From: the human T2T-CHM13v2.0 reference genome, Homo sapiens | Direction: 5' to 3' (one strand) | NCBI RefSeq assembly: GCF_009914755.1 | Contig: NC_060933.1 | DNA length: 64,000 nucleotides | Part shown: positions 41,951 through 54,930 of the stretch, piece by piece | Numbering within the stretch: the stretch's first letter is position 1 | Layout: every line of letters starts with the position of its first letter | Notes under the pieces: generated by a model | Database searches by the model: none | Told to the model about the DNA's origin: nothing | What the model saw: the letters and a program-made list of their open reading frames with translations, nothing else | Made by a program: the position numbers and the translations under genes

Positions 41951-42444
41951 AAAAAATGAAGGCATTTTTTAATATCAACTAATAATGTGGAGAGAGTACT
42001 GGAGTTAAATAATCATTTTGCAAAAATCATAATAAAACTGGTTCAAGCAAGAATCATCAATGGATATTAAATGTAGTGAGAACTGTGTGTAGTCATAGTA
42101 GAGAAATTGGACAACAAATAGTCCTGTATGTAGTCACAGTAGAAAAATTGGACAACACTTTGATCAGTGATCAAAATTAATGCCACCAATGAAGGACAGA
42201 AAAACAACATGTGACTCCAGATATAATACACTCAGAAGCATCATTTGTGTAGTTCTCTGGTTGAGAATGTGAAACCTAATCTTGAGGGACCATTAGACAG
42301 ACTCCAACTTCTGATTGATTTTTATAAATACTTCAGTGCTCAAAAGGCAAATGTGTTTTTCTATATCCGTAGAACCGCAAATTTTCTATGGATTAATATG
42401 AGTTGTTTATATATATGTTTATATATTATATATATTAATATTAG

Positions 42445-42741
42445 TCTTATTATTATTTTGAGATGCAGTCTCGCTCTGTCACCCAGGCTGGAGTGCAGTA
42501 GCGTGATCTTGGCTCACTGCCACCTCCGCCTCCCAGGTTCAAGCAATTCTCCTGCCTCAGGCTCCTGAGTAGCTGGGATTACAGATGCGCCCACCACGCC
42601 CAGCTAATTTTTGTATTTTTAGTAGAGATGGGATTTCACCATGGTCAGGCTGGTCTCGAACTCCTGACCTTGTGATCTGCCCTCCTTGGCCTCTCAAAGT
42701 GCTGGGATTACAGCACCTTGAGATATACACCACGCCTGGCC
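42445..42741 (-). mobile_element. AluS
   Basis: Full dimer with a short replaced segment near its 5' end. Confidence 0.92.
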
Positions 42742-43556
42742 CAATGTATATTGTTAATTGTGGTTATGTCATATAGGTCCTTGCCTTTCTTGTTATGTTT
42801 TATTTACTCTTAGGTCTATCACTTTCTGAAAATAGCATATTAAAATCTCCCACAGGAGTTGTATTTTAAAAATCAAATTCTCCATGTATTTCTATGAGTT
42901 TTTGCCTTATATTTAGCTGCAACTTTTTAGGGGGAAGAAAGTTTCATGACTTTTCATTTTCTTTATCCTTTGTAATGTTTTGAACTTAAATGCATTTTGT
43001 GTGATATACTATTGCAACTTTTGCTTTCATTTTGTTTGAATTTGTTTGGTATCCCTTTATTTTAACTTACTTCCTATCTTTTAAAGTGTATTTCTTGTTT
43101 TTTAATTCAATATATTGTACTTCAATAAAGGAATTCAGACCATCGGCATTTAGGATAGTAAATATCCTGACATGTAATTTTATGCTTCTCTGTGTTTTGC
43201 TTTGTTATTGCTTCCTCTTTTTCCTTTAATTAATTAATCTGCTAGCTTGAGTAAATTGTCATTTAACCCCTCTTTTTTCCTCTTGCTAATTTGGAAGTAT
43301 TTCTCTGCTTTTCAATTCTGCAAGTGGTTACTTTTTTAGCCCCAAGAATCATCATTGAACATGTTTTATCTCTTATGTCTGATTATGACAGCAATTATCA
43401 ACTTGCTCCCAACAAATTGTTTATTTACCTATCTCTCTCTAAGAGCAAAATGAAAGGAAATCATTAGAAATGCTTTATTTCTTTACTCTCAAACTTTCCC
43501 TTAATTTTCTTTTCCAGCTCTTGCTCAAATAGTTTAAAACATTTAGTTTAGGCTAT

Positions 43557-44080
43557 TGTATTAGTCAGGGTTGCCCGGAGATACAGAACCAAGAGAATCT
43601 ATGAAATGGAATTTATTAGGGGAATTGGCTTACATGATCACAGAAGTAGAGAAGTCTCCCAATAGGCCATCTACAAGTTGGAGAACCAGAGAAGCGCATA
43701 GCCTGGCTCAGTCCAGTTCCAGAAGCCTTAGAACCAGGGATGCTCCCAGTATGAGGGACCGAGGAGGCTACTCGTTCAAGTCCCAGAGTCCCAAAGCCAA
43801 AGAACCTGGAGTCTAATGCCTGACGGCAAGAGGAGAAAGATGTTTGCTCCAGCTCCAGCTCCAGAAGGGAGGTGGTGGGTGTAGGGGGGTGGGGGACAGA
43901 GAGAGAGAGAGTCCTCGTTCCATCTTCTTGTTACAACTGGGCCCACAGGGCAGGTCTTCCTTTCAGTGACTCACATGTCCGAAACACCCCCACAGACACC
44001 CCCAGAAAGAACACCCTACCAGCCAGCCATCCAGGCATCCTTTAATCCAATCACATTTATACCTAAAATTAACCATCACA
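43557..44080. mobile_element. MLT2B-like ERVL solo LTR with 5-bp TSD
   Basis: tgtattagtcagggtt...aattaaccatcaca; TSD gctat at 43552-43556 and 44081-44085. Confidence 0.9.
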
Positions 44081-44872
44081 GCTATTCCCTTTTCCCTATT
44101 CTAAAACCTCTTATTTAAAACTTTAAATAAAAGTCCCCATTCATATTATTCATATATGCATACACGCTTGCATATATATAATATAATATATTACAGATAT
44201 ATTTTATATATATGCAATATTAAGAACATTTAACAGCCGGTATTGACAGGAACCCACCTATCAGATCAGAATAAATGCCCGCTGTGACTAAGCATTCTTG
44301 TCAGTGCTGCTTCCCAGTGTTTTTGCTTAATCTACTTAACCTTCCTGCTTGAATGATTTTTTTGGTTAGTGTACTTTCTCAAGTATGTTCTTCAGCAAGG
44401 GTAGATGGATGACACACCCTAAGAATCCTTGCATATCTGCAAATATTTTTATTTTTCCATGTAGGTGTTATTCTAGCTTGCTGTATTACAGTTAGAAAGT
44501 TGGGTGCTCGTCTGTTTCTGTTTCTGTTTTCTTTTTAACTAATTTCTTCTTTCTGTTGATTGTCAGGGAAAAAACAGTGATTAAACAGTGGTGAAATTGA
44601 AATTTGGGACTTTTCAAAAAATTAGGCTATGTCAAGATTTCTAGTTCTGTCTTTAATTAGTCTATTCTGGGACTAAAAAAGCTCTCCTAATATTGAAATT
44701 AATCTTTCTTTAGATAAAAAAATCCTTTATTATTTGTTTAGTTTTTGTGATCATCTCATCTGTTTCCTTCTCTTCTTCGGAAATGCTTATTACCTGCAGC
44801 TTAGGTCTTCAAGTGTTTTGCATCTTCTCCTTTCACGATTTTTGTCTTTTTACATTTGTTGCTCTGTTGTAA

Positions 44873-45272
<400 letters not shown>

Positions 45273-45908
45273 TAGAAAGTGATTTTTATTCTTCAATTGG
45301 ATCTCCTCGAGAGCTTCTCTTAGATTGCTGTTTAATATTCTCACCTGAGTCTTCTGACATCCTGCTCCAGTGGGTCCCCTGCTTGTTGAACTCTGCTGTG
45401 TCTCCTTTGTTCTGGTTATTGAATGTTGGCTGAAAGAGATGTTCTTTTCCTTAACCTGCTCATGATTTTGTCAGGTCAACTGTCGGGTAAAATCACTGGG
45501 ATCTTTCCAGTGCCAGCAGGGCCTAGGCAATTCTAGTCTTAAGGGACAGTGGTGAACAAAACGGCCATGGTCACTCTGCTTCTGAGCAGAGGGAGCAAGC
45601 TTCTGCCCACAGGTCCAAGGAGCAGCTTCTTGTCACATCAGGGACTAAAAGTAGTTACCTTCCTCTTGTTCTCCTGCAGGTTCTCTGAGGCCAGAAGAGT
45701 CTGGCTGGCCCTCCCAGGACCACACATGAGTGGCCTCCTTCAGGTGCACAAGCTATCCTCTACTTGGACAGATATGATTTTTTTAGGATTTAAGAAAGTC
45801 ATTGAAACTTAAAGCATCACCTCAAAGGAAAAGGGAAGGAGGGAGAAAGGAGTAAAAGAAAGCCACCAAAAGTACTGCTTGACTATAGAAGACTATAGAT
45901 GCTATATC

Positions 45909-45954
45909 TGTGTCTGTGTGTGTGTGTGTGTGTGTGTGTCTGTGTGTGTGTGTG
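45909..45954. repeat. Interrupted (TG)n microsatellite
   Basis: Direct reading. Confidence 0.95.
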
Positions 45955-46239
45955 GTGTCTGTAGCAGCTATAGTGCTGTATCTAAGTCATACAAAAGTTC
46001 TGATGTGACCCCAGCTAATTCCAGCCTTCCATTAACTGAAGCCATTTGCTCCTTGACTGGTTGGGTCTTCTTCAGGTTCTGAGATCAATAGTTTCACAAG
46101 ACAGCTAATTAGCCCACATTCAGAAGCTCAAGAGCTTCATCAGGTCCTGCACCAGACAAACCTACCTCTGCTGTGAATTGGAATCGAGCCTATCCCTCCC
46201 TCCATTCTGCCAGGCTTGGCCTCGTTTTCCTCTTCATAT

Positions 46240-46878
46240 CACTTGGGGTTCAGTCAGAGAAGCAGAGCCACTTGGTGAGACAGACACAGTAAGGGGTTGG
46301 CTATAGACATTTCACCTTATATAATTGCGGGGACTGGTCTATGCAAGGCCATTATTTCTGTGTCTGGTGCTGGGGCCTGAAGTCAGCATCAGATACAGAA
46401 GTGGGGAAGAAATGATGGACAGGAAGTGGAGAACTCAGGTTAAAATGGATCGGCTGGAACTCAGGGAATGGGGTGGAATCCACACTGGTATCTCACTTCA
46501 CCCAAGACTCCAACTTTGATGAGGGGGATGATTTACAGAAGTTATGCATTTTCTTATGGAGCAAAAACAAAATGCTGAACTGGCCCAGGGATCAGGGGAG
46601 CTGAAACAAGAGCGTCTGCAGGAGCTGGTGGGCTTGGGGGAGGCCGCAGTTCCCAATGCTGGCCCACACCACCCAGAAGATATGTGACAATGTCTGTGAG
46701 GGCTTGTGCCCTGCCCTGGCCTCTGAACATAACAAGAATGTGGCTGCTGCTGCCTTTCCTTGTTCTGAATCTCTTGCAAAATGTACTTGTGGCCAAAGCT
46801 GACCTGGCACGACCCAGAAAAGGGAATTCTAAGAAACACAACTCCAGCTTCACTAAATTGACACTGTAAAGCCCCCAC
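46240..46878. mobile_element. Old ERVL LTR (MLT2-like)
   Basis: gggttcagtcagagaagcagagccac... ending ...aaattgacactgtaaagcccccaca. Confidence 0.55.
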
Positions 46879-47429
46879 ACCTCGTGAGGCTGCAGTCTCA
46901 TCATTGACTTTGGACTGAGGGCTACCTGATGGCTTTGTAGTTCACCTGTCTTCTTACTTTGTCCCAGCGCCTGTCCAGGTCAATGGAAGCAGTTTCCCTG
47001 TGTGTACCAGGCACTCCCAGCTTGGCCCTCCCAGAACCTCGCCCCACCCCTTCATGGTCTGGATTTCAGAAACCAGATCTAATTCCAGCTGAAAGTCGAG
47101 GGAGTTTACGGAAAAATCTATGTGGATGTGGGCATCTTAGAACGAGGTTTTCCTCTTCTGTTCTGGATTCATGGGGAGCTTTAGGAAGGTGAAGCTGTGT
47201 GTGAGAAGGCTTCTCAGAGATACCGTGGAGTTCAAGGCTCAGGAATCCATACTTGGGAGCATGAAGTTAATATGGATGCTGCATTCACCTGGTCCAGGAA
47301 CTCCTGCTTTCCTCTCAGCCCCATCCTGGAGGGGTAGTACTGGACATTCCTGGTGTTTCGGGAGGCCAGGCATTATAGACAGCCTGGTCCAAACCTTTCA
47401 TTGTTCTTCTAGAGGCATTGAGAATAGCA

Positions 47430-47655
47430 GCCTCATTAGGAGCAATGGCTGGAAGTAGACTGCCTAGCTTCACATTAGGGCTGACCTCGTATTAGGGCAT
47501 GTGACCTTGGGCACATTACTTGCCCTCTCTATCCTTGATTTCTTCATATGTAAAATAGGGGAAAACAGTAGTACCTACCTTGGACTGTTATGCCTATTAA
47601 CTGACAAGTGGGCTAAGTGTCTGGCACCTAATAAATGCTCAATAAAAAGTATTAT
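47430..47655 (-). mobile_element. MIR
   Basis: gtgaccttgggcacattactt...tgtaaaatagggga...aatgctcaataaa. Confidence 0.75.
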
Positions 47656-47859
47656 TATATATAGACAATTTCCCCATAACCAGAGCCCTCTAACTCAAGG
47701 AAGCAGGCTATGGGGACTTCCTCCAGTTCTGGGTGGTTCTTCATCACAACTATCCCTCAAACTCATAGCTGGCTGTTGGTCACCTCTTTCCAACATGTAC
47801 ACCATTCTGCCTTGCACTGGAGTTAGCTGCTGGCTTGTCTGTCTTCTCACTAAGCTGGC

Positions 47860-48362
47860 TGTATTAGTCAGGGTTCTCTAGAGGGACAGAACTAATAGGA
47901 TATATATATAAAATCCTATTAATACTTAAACTCCCATATATATATAAATATATAAATAAATACATATATGAAGGGGAGTTTATTAAGTATTAACTCAAGT
48001 GATCACAAGGTCCCAAAACAGGCCGTGTGCAAGTTGAGGAGCAAGGAGACATCCAATCCAAGTCCCAAAACTGTAGAACTTGGAGTCTGATGTTTGAGGG
48101 CAGGAAGCATCCAGCACGGGAGAAGATGTAGGCTGGGAGGCTAGGCCAGTCTAGCTTTTTCATGTTTTTCTACCTGCTTTATATTCTAGCTGTGCTGGCA
48201 GCTGATTACATGGTGCCCACCCAGATTAACGGTGGGTCTGCCTTTCCCAGCCCACTGACTCAGATGTTAATCTCTTTCGGCAATACCCTTACAGACATAC
48301 CCAAGATTAATACTTTGCATCCTTCAAGCCAATCAAGTTGACACTCAGTATTAACCATCACA
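47860..48362. mobile_element. MLT2A ERVL solo LTR
   Basis: tgtattagtcagggttctctagagggacagaactaatagga(ta)n...gttgacactcagtattaaccatcaca; TSD ctggc/ctggg. Confidence 0.93.
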
Positions 48363-51073
48363 CTGGGGTTTCACTTAGCATCACTAGGAGCTGGGTCTAC
48401 TTCATCCTTTCCCAGCACACAGCCTGGCAGATACTAGGCCTGCAGAAAAGTTTGGGGGGAACCAACATCTTCAATTCCCAGAACGTCTGATTTGCAAAGA
48501 CTTAGAGGTTGTCTAAACCAATTTCCCACCAATTTTAGGAATTCCTCTTTTAGACCATTTTGCAGATAGTCTTCTAGTCTCTGCTTACATACTTCCCGTT
48601 ATGGGAGACTTGCTATTACTCAGGGCAGCCCATTCTCTTTTTTTTTAAACCACCCTAATTTTAGAGCTTTCTAATTTTACTCAATAGGATTAATTTTTTC
48701 ACCATTTGCATCAAGTTTTGGCTGGAGACTGCAAAATCATGCAGTGAGAGAGTTGGTAAATAAGAATTATTCTGGGTTTATGGATGACGTTATGAAATAG
48801 TGAAAAAGCTGACAGAGCACACAGTATAACTTTTATAAGCTTTGCTCAACTAGTCAGAAACAGGTCCTCGGAAATGTCTATTCATTTCTGCTTCCAGTGT
48901 TTATTGGGAAAATTCTTATATGGTTATTTACAAAGCCAGACAGAAGTTTATAGAGAGTTTGAAGGTAGAAGTTTATAGAAGGCTTGATGTATTTGTCTGC
49001 ATGCTAATCTCCTAAAAGTCCTCATTCTGGGCCACAGTTTTGGGGAGTGGAGTAGTTGTAGTTCTTAGAGTGCATCTGAAAGTCCCTGAAAGGAAGGGGT
49101 TAGGCTTTCCATTTTCTAAGAGACAGTTTTGCTGCCTTCTGGAAGGGATGCTCAGATCTTAGGATAGGTGCCTCCCAATAACCCAGAATGCTATCTGGAG
49201 TTTAGCCAGAACATTAGTCCCCTTGGATTAATTTGGAATTCATTCAAATAGTCATTCCCTAATGCCTACTTTATGCAAGAATTTCCCTCAAGGTGCTCGC
49301 AACTGATTGGAGGTAAACAAAGACATGATAATGACTCTGGTCCCAGCCAGAAAGTTCTTAGAGCCTCCTTATCCATGCAATCTGTAGTAGAGCGAGGCCT
49401 TCCAGGAAACTTCAGAGAACCCCTCCTCTAAACCCTTTTCCAAGAGCAAATAGGTGAGATTTGGGGGAGACTATTGTGTAATAGAAAAAATACCCGAAAG
49501 GAGAATCTGGTTCCCTGAGGGGAGAGGTCCACTTGCTGCTACCTCAGTGTTCTTTTGTAAAGTGAAGAATCTCTAACATGCGTACTGGCTCTAACATGCT
49601 GAACATTTACAACTAAAAAGCAGTCACAATCCCTGACCCCCAATTGCATAGAGCTTCATGATTTCCATCCTGCTCTAATTTGAATCTAATCCTCATGGTC
49701 CCCTGAGAGGCAGATGGGACGAGGACTATGATTTCCATTCTATGGATAAAGAAACTGAGGCTTAGCTCGTGTCCAAGGTCGCGTGGCAGGGGAATGGCTG
49801 AGCCTGGAGTTCAGGTCTTTCCCCACCCACTGCGATTGTTGTGGGGCCTTCAGGTTCCGACAATCCATAATTATATAGTCAGCCTTGAAACTGCAAAACA
49901 TCTAAGGGGGTGGGGGGAAGGTGACTATTAAGATGGTGAACGTAGCTTTTATGTGGAAGATATCTCAGTACGAAAGCATTTGTATGGAAGGAAAGGAGGA
50001 ATGTGGGCTCAGACCATCTCTGGGATAGTGGTCTTTTGTCAGTTTATTAAATTCAGATTTATTGCTGACTTTCTGACCAAAAACATAGCTGTTAGCAGTC
50101 TGTAATAAAGCAGAAATATGAATTTTCAGTGAATCTGAGAAAAAAAAATAAAGAGAAGAGACGTTAATGACCTGTAGCTTGGAATAAATCTTAGTGGTCA
50201 CATAAAGTAGGATGACAGGAATTTATATTGTCCCTCAGCACTTGAATGACTAATGTGGCTAGAGTGGAGAGCCACAGAAATTACTTCTCTTAAAAAGCCA
50301 GCACCTGTTTGCAGGCTTTTGGAACTGTTTGATGAAGTCAGGGAAGGTTGCCTTGATGTCCCCCAGTCAGGCTCTTGGTAGACAGCACCAAGCTTGAGAC
50401 AGAGGTGGTGTTTCAGCCCTGTCCTAAGACCCTTAACTTGGCTGGTCTCAGAGGCTGTCGAGGTTCCTGAGCTGTTCAGGGAGTACCCCCAAGAGGCTAG
50501 AGAAGATCTTCTGAGAGACATTGATGAGCAGGGCAGGGGCAGCCAGAAAGGGTCTCAGATGGCCTCAGGGTGGATGTCCATCTGAACAGGTCCCCGATCC
50601 CACCACACACTGGGATCCTGGATTCTGTAGTATCAGAATTACTAGGTTAGAGCCAGAACAGCTCCCCAGAGATTTGTTAGTTCGACACCTCCATTTTTTT
50701 CAGATGAGAAGACTGAGATTCACAGCACGGAAATAAGTAGCTCAAACATACAGGATAAGAGAGTGGCAGGTGCAGAAGGAGAGCTCAGACATCTAGACTC
50801 CTGGGCATCACACAGCCCCTGTTAGTGTGACAATGGTCCTTCCTTATTCGAGTGTGAGTGAGTACAACCCTGCATCCCATTGATATCCAACAGATATGCC
50901 ATGTTTAGTGCTGGGAATGTATGATCCCCAACCCAAACAATCCCACTAAGATACTTCCTGTGAAAATCATTATCCATCCTAAAAACCTCTCTCACTGGTA
51001 TAGCGTGTTACCATCTACACCATGTTTTCACTTATGGGATTCTTGCTAAATGAGTAGATTTTCACTGCTCTTG

Positions 51074-51074
<1 letters not shown>

Positions 51075-51112
<38 letters not shown>
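51075..51112. repeat. (CA)19 microsatellite inside an L1M 3'-end fragment
   Basis: Direct reading. Confidence 0.97.
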
Positions 51113-51114
<2 letters not shown>

Positions 51115-52240
51115 TGGGTAACGATGTGAGATGATGGGTATGATAGTTTGCTTCACGTTCTCTTTATGTGATCCTCACAACCATACTGAAAAGGCACACA
51201 GAACGTCTACTTTTATTCTTTTTGTACAGATGAAGAAATTGAGGTTCAAGGAGTAAGAATCTCCTGAAGAATCCATATGTCTTTCAGTGAAATTCTGAAT
51301 ATATTGTAATGAAGTACGGTTGGTGGGTTAAGTTAATGGGTTAGTCAACACCGTTGCTGGGCACCATTAAGAACACAGAAAACCTCCAGCTCTGAACCTG
51401 TACCCCCTAGCTCTGACACTAAGACACTGCTGTCCATTATGGAAAGAAGAGATCATCAAAACGCTCTGACCTCTTCGGGAATTGCCCGGGACCATCTTTC
51501 CTCCCAGAGCCCACAGAACCAGTTCCTGGAGGTTTAAGTTAATGAAAGCCAGCTTTTTCTATAAACAGTTCACCTAAAATGTAATCTCTTTTTGAGGGTT
51601 TCTAGATCTGATTTGGGTGTCCTATTCTTTTCTGTCATTTAAAAACACACTGTAAGTATTTTAAAACCCATTCATCAAAGGGAAAACTTCTGGCTAAATT
51701 TTATGCTTTTATTCATTTATCAAATTTACAGCATTTTATGAAGAGGGATTTCTTATCTATGTAGGTGTCTTTTCTATTAAACGGTACAAAACTACCCTTT
51801 CCTCAAAATGATATGTATGTGGCAATAAATACCTGCATTAAAAATGGGAATTCCAGCCAAGTGTTATGCATGGATACACCTTATCCTGTCTTTGTAATTA
51901 TGGATGATATGTATTGATGCTGGGGATTATTTATCTCATGCTCCATAATTGGCTATTAATTTATGAATATGAGGGCTATATTACAGGTAACCCAGAATTA
52001 AATGCTGCAGATTTGATTTATTGTGACCTGATAATGGGTGTTAGGGGTTATCCAAGAGACACACAGAGTACACAGAGGACACTGGAAGAAGCTGGAGTGT
52101 CGGAAGGCTTTGAACTTTGACAAATACCAGATATGTGGAAGGGTTTTAGGGGCCTGAGATTTAAGCCCATTTAGAGCTTAAAATACCTTACTAATGATGA
52201 CTTTAGTAGTCATTTCATTGATTCATTCATTCCCCCATTT

Positions 52241-52455
52241 ATTATTTTTATTTTCTTTTTGAGACAGGGCCTTGCTTTGTCACCAAGGCTGGAGTGCAGG
52301 GGCTTAATCACAGCTTACTGCAGCTTTGACCTCCAGGGCTTAAGTGATCCTCCTGCCACAGCCTCCTGAGTAGCTAAGACTACGGGCATGCACCACCACG
52401 CCTGGCTAATTTTTGTATTTTTAGTAGAGATGGGTTTCCCCATGTTGCTCAGGCT
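52241..52455 (-). mobile_element. 5'-truncated AluJ inserted into L2
   Basis: Perfect TSD tcattcccccattt on both sides (~52227-52240, ~52455-52468). Confidence 0.9.
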
Positions 52456-52639
52456 CATTCCCCCATTTCAAACATATTATGGAGCACCCACTGTGTGCCA
52501 GGCTCTGGGCTTGGCTCTGGGACACAAATGGTGAGCATAAACAGATATGTTCCTTGACCTCCTAGAGCCTATTCTCTTGTGAGAACGGCACACCTTAAGA
52601 TCACCACACATTTGTATCCTTCTCCCTTTTCTTCTTATT

Positions 52640-53010
52640 TATAGAACACTGATATTGTTTGGGTTGACAAGATGCCCAACTAAAGAACTACATTTCCCAG
52701 ATTCCCTTGCAGCTGAGGGTAGCCATATGACACGTTCTGGTCAAAGAGATATAACTGGAAACCTGCTGGTTATTTTGGTGACGTTGCTTTCCTGATAGGG
52801 TGGCTGCCTCTTCCATCTTGTTGCTTCCTTTTTCCCCCTTTCCTTAGGGAATATGAGTATGCAGCTAGAAGTGAGCGGTTATCTTGCAACTATGAGGTGG
52901 CAATCTAGAATTGTTATGTGAGAAAAAATAAGCACCTACAGATGTGGTTAAACACATGGTAACTGCATCTTTTTTACATACGACCAATGCAGTTCCTACT
53001 GTTACACTCA
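52640..53010. mobile_element. Old MaLR LTR (MLT1H/I/J-like)
   Basis: actacatttcccagattcccttgcagctgagggtagccatatgac..ttctggtcaaagagat. Confidence 0.6.
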
Positions 53011-53439
53011 CGTGTATTGGGTGTGAGATTATGAGGCCAGAATTCTCTGAAGGGGTGGTAGGAGCCTGGAAAGGGTGATCCCAGCAGAGGTCAACTGCCA
53101 GGACTTGAGAAATGTGTCTGCAAGTGCTAAATAAGGTCTAGACTCCCGTGTTTCAAGGGCTACCCCGACGTACACAGCATGTTGGAGTGATCTGTAAATA
53201 CTCCATCTACCACCCACATTGCACTGTGAAGTGGACACTGCCCACTTCACAAGGTTGTCACTTAGGAGGTAGAGATGGAAGAATGTGAGTGGAAGTCTCT
53301 TGAACAAAGGAAGGTGCTGCACAGAGGGCAGTTACGTTTCTTTTCATACGAAATAGTCTGAAATTAAAGACAGACAGGAAATATAATATGTATGTACATA
53401 TCACATTATATATAATGAAAGCCTAAGGAAAGGTGGATT

Positions 53440-53585
53440 TTTTTCTTTTAATTTAGAGATGGGGCCTCGCTCTGTAGCCCAGGCTGGAGTGCAGAGGCAC
53501 AATCACAGCTTACTGCGGCCTTAAACTCCTGGGCTCGAGTGATCCTCCCTCTTCAGCCTCCTAAATAGCTGGGACTACAGGGTGC
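53440..53585 (-). mobile_element. Alu monomer (FRAM/AluJ right arm)
   Basis: ctcgctctgtagcccaggctggagtgcag...gctgggactacag. Confidence 0.85.
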
Positions 53586-53811
53586 AAAACTGGCTCCTGA
53601 AGGATGATGCAGAAGGCACTGGTTACAAAGGGCTGCATAAAAAGGGCACATAGATGGCGTGCCCAGCATAGCAAAGTCCTGACAGTACGAAAATGCTGGG
53701 AGCCCGCGTAGGAAAGAAACAAGCCAGGACCCAAGGACTTTCATATTTTAAAGAATGGATTGGAAACTAGATGACTGCTCAGTGTAAATGACCAATGGCA
53801 GGGTATAAGGG

Positions 53812-53812
53812 G

Positions 53813-53859
<47 letters not shown>
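53812..53859. repeat. (GT)n microsatellite
   Basis: 48-bp purine/pyrimidine alternation. Confidence 0.97.
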
Positions 53860-53861
<2 letters not shown>

Positions 53862-54039
53862 ATGTTGAGGGTGATGTGGGGGAAGAGAAAAGCAGCGGAT
53901 ATAATTTTCTCCAACAGCCAGCTAAGCTGAAGGGATGTAGAGCCTATGATTCAATTTTTCAAAGCAGTATTTGTAAGGCTTCGGGGTCCAGAGCTAGAAG
54001 TGACTCTGCAGTACAAGCCTGGAAGAAATCCAGGCTCAG

Positions 54040-54650
54040 GACCGCCTTCCCTTTCCTCCCCAGAGCCGCCCACCGACTGTTTGACATGCACAAACTGGAG
54101 TTCTTTCCACACGGCGTGGCAGGGCCACGGAGAAACCGCTCCTGGGTAATTAGACAATTAGCTCCTTGCACTCTTCCTGCAGGAACAAATCCGGGCCCCC
54201 ATGGCATCTGTCCCCTCCTGTTCCTCCAGCTGGCCTCCTTGCCACGCGCACACCCTCCCCGGAACCAGGCCCGGCTGCCTGCGCCCCCCGCCCCCTTCCA
54301 CTTCCGCCACCAGAAGGGGTGCGGGGAGGCCGGGCGGGAGGGGAGGGCCCAAGGCTCGCGGGGGCGGGGTGACTGCCGCCCCAGCACGCGTGCCCCTGAA
54401 CTTGTCTTCAAAGTTCTCCTACGGGGTTGGCAGCCCCCTCTTGAAAGCTGCTCCGTAGCCGAGGCAGCATATGGACTGTTGACAGAGCAGCTGCTGGGGA
54501 AGAAGACGCTGAAAGGAAGCCTCGAGGGATAAACAGGAGAAACCCATGTCACCACGTGGCGCCCCAGGCGCGCGTCAATGCTCCAGCTCGTTCACTCTCA
54601 TCTCCTTCCGGGGGCGAGGAAAGTGGTTTTGGACTGCTGTGCTCGATTGT
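54040..54650. promoter_or_regulatory. CpG island, candidate promoter/enhancer
   Basis: Non-repeat, GC- and CpG-dense; GC boxes (ggggcgggg ~54361-54369), CACGTG E-box at 54553-54558, G-tract cluster at 54316-54347. Confidence 0.75.
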
Positions 54651-54699
54651 CTGCTCTTAAAATAATGAACATCATTATCATCCTAATGAGAATGAGTAT

Positions 54700-54930
54700 G
54701 ACAATGATAGCTAACAGTTGTCGAGCACTTATAAGTGCCAGCCAGTTCTCTAAATGATTTCAGGTGCGTTATTCCATTTACTCCTTCAAACCGCCCTCTG
54801 AGGAAAGAGCTGTTGTTGTTCCCATTTTGTAGATGAAAAAACCAAGGCTAGAGAGCTTAAGGATTTTATGCTAGACACACGGCTAGTAAGTGACCCAGGT
54901 CTTGTGCCAAAGCCTTCACTCTTAGTCATT
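54700..54930 (+). mobile_element. MIR
   Basis: atgatagctaaca...gagcactt...cccattttgtagatgaaaaaaccaaggctagagag. Confidence 0.75.

Noticed and set aside
53795-54555. 245-aa (+) and 198-aa (-) ORFs over the CpG island
   Set aside because: Stop-poor GC-rich sequence plus a (GT)n run; no recognisable domain.
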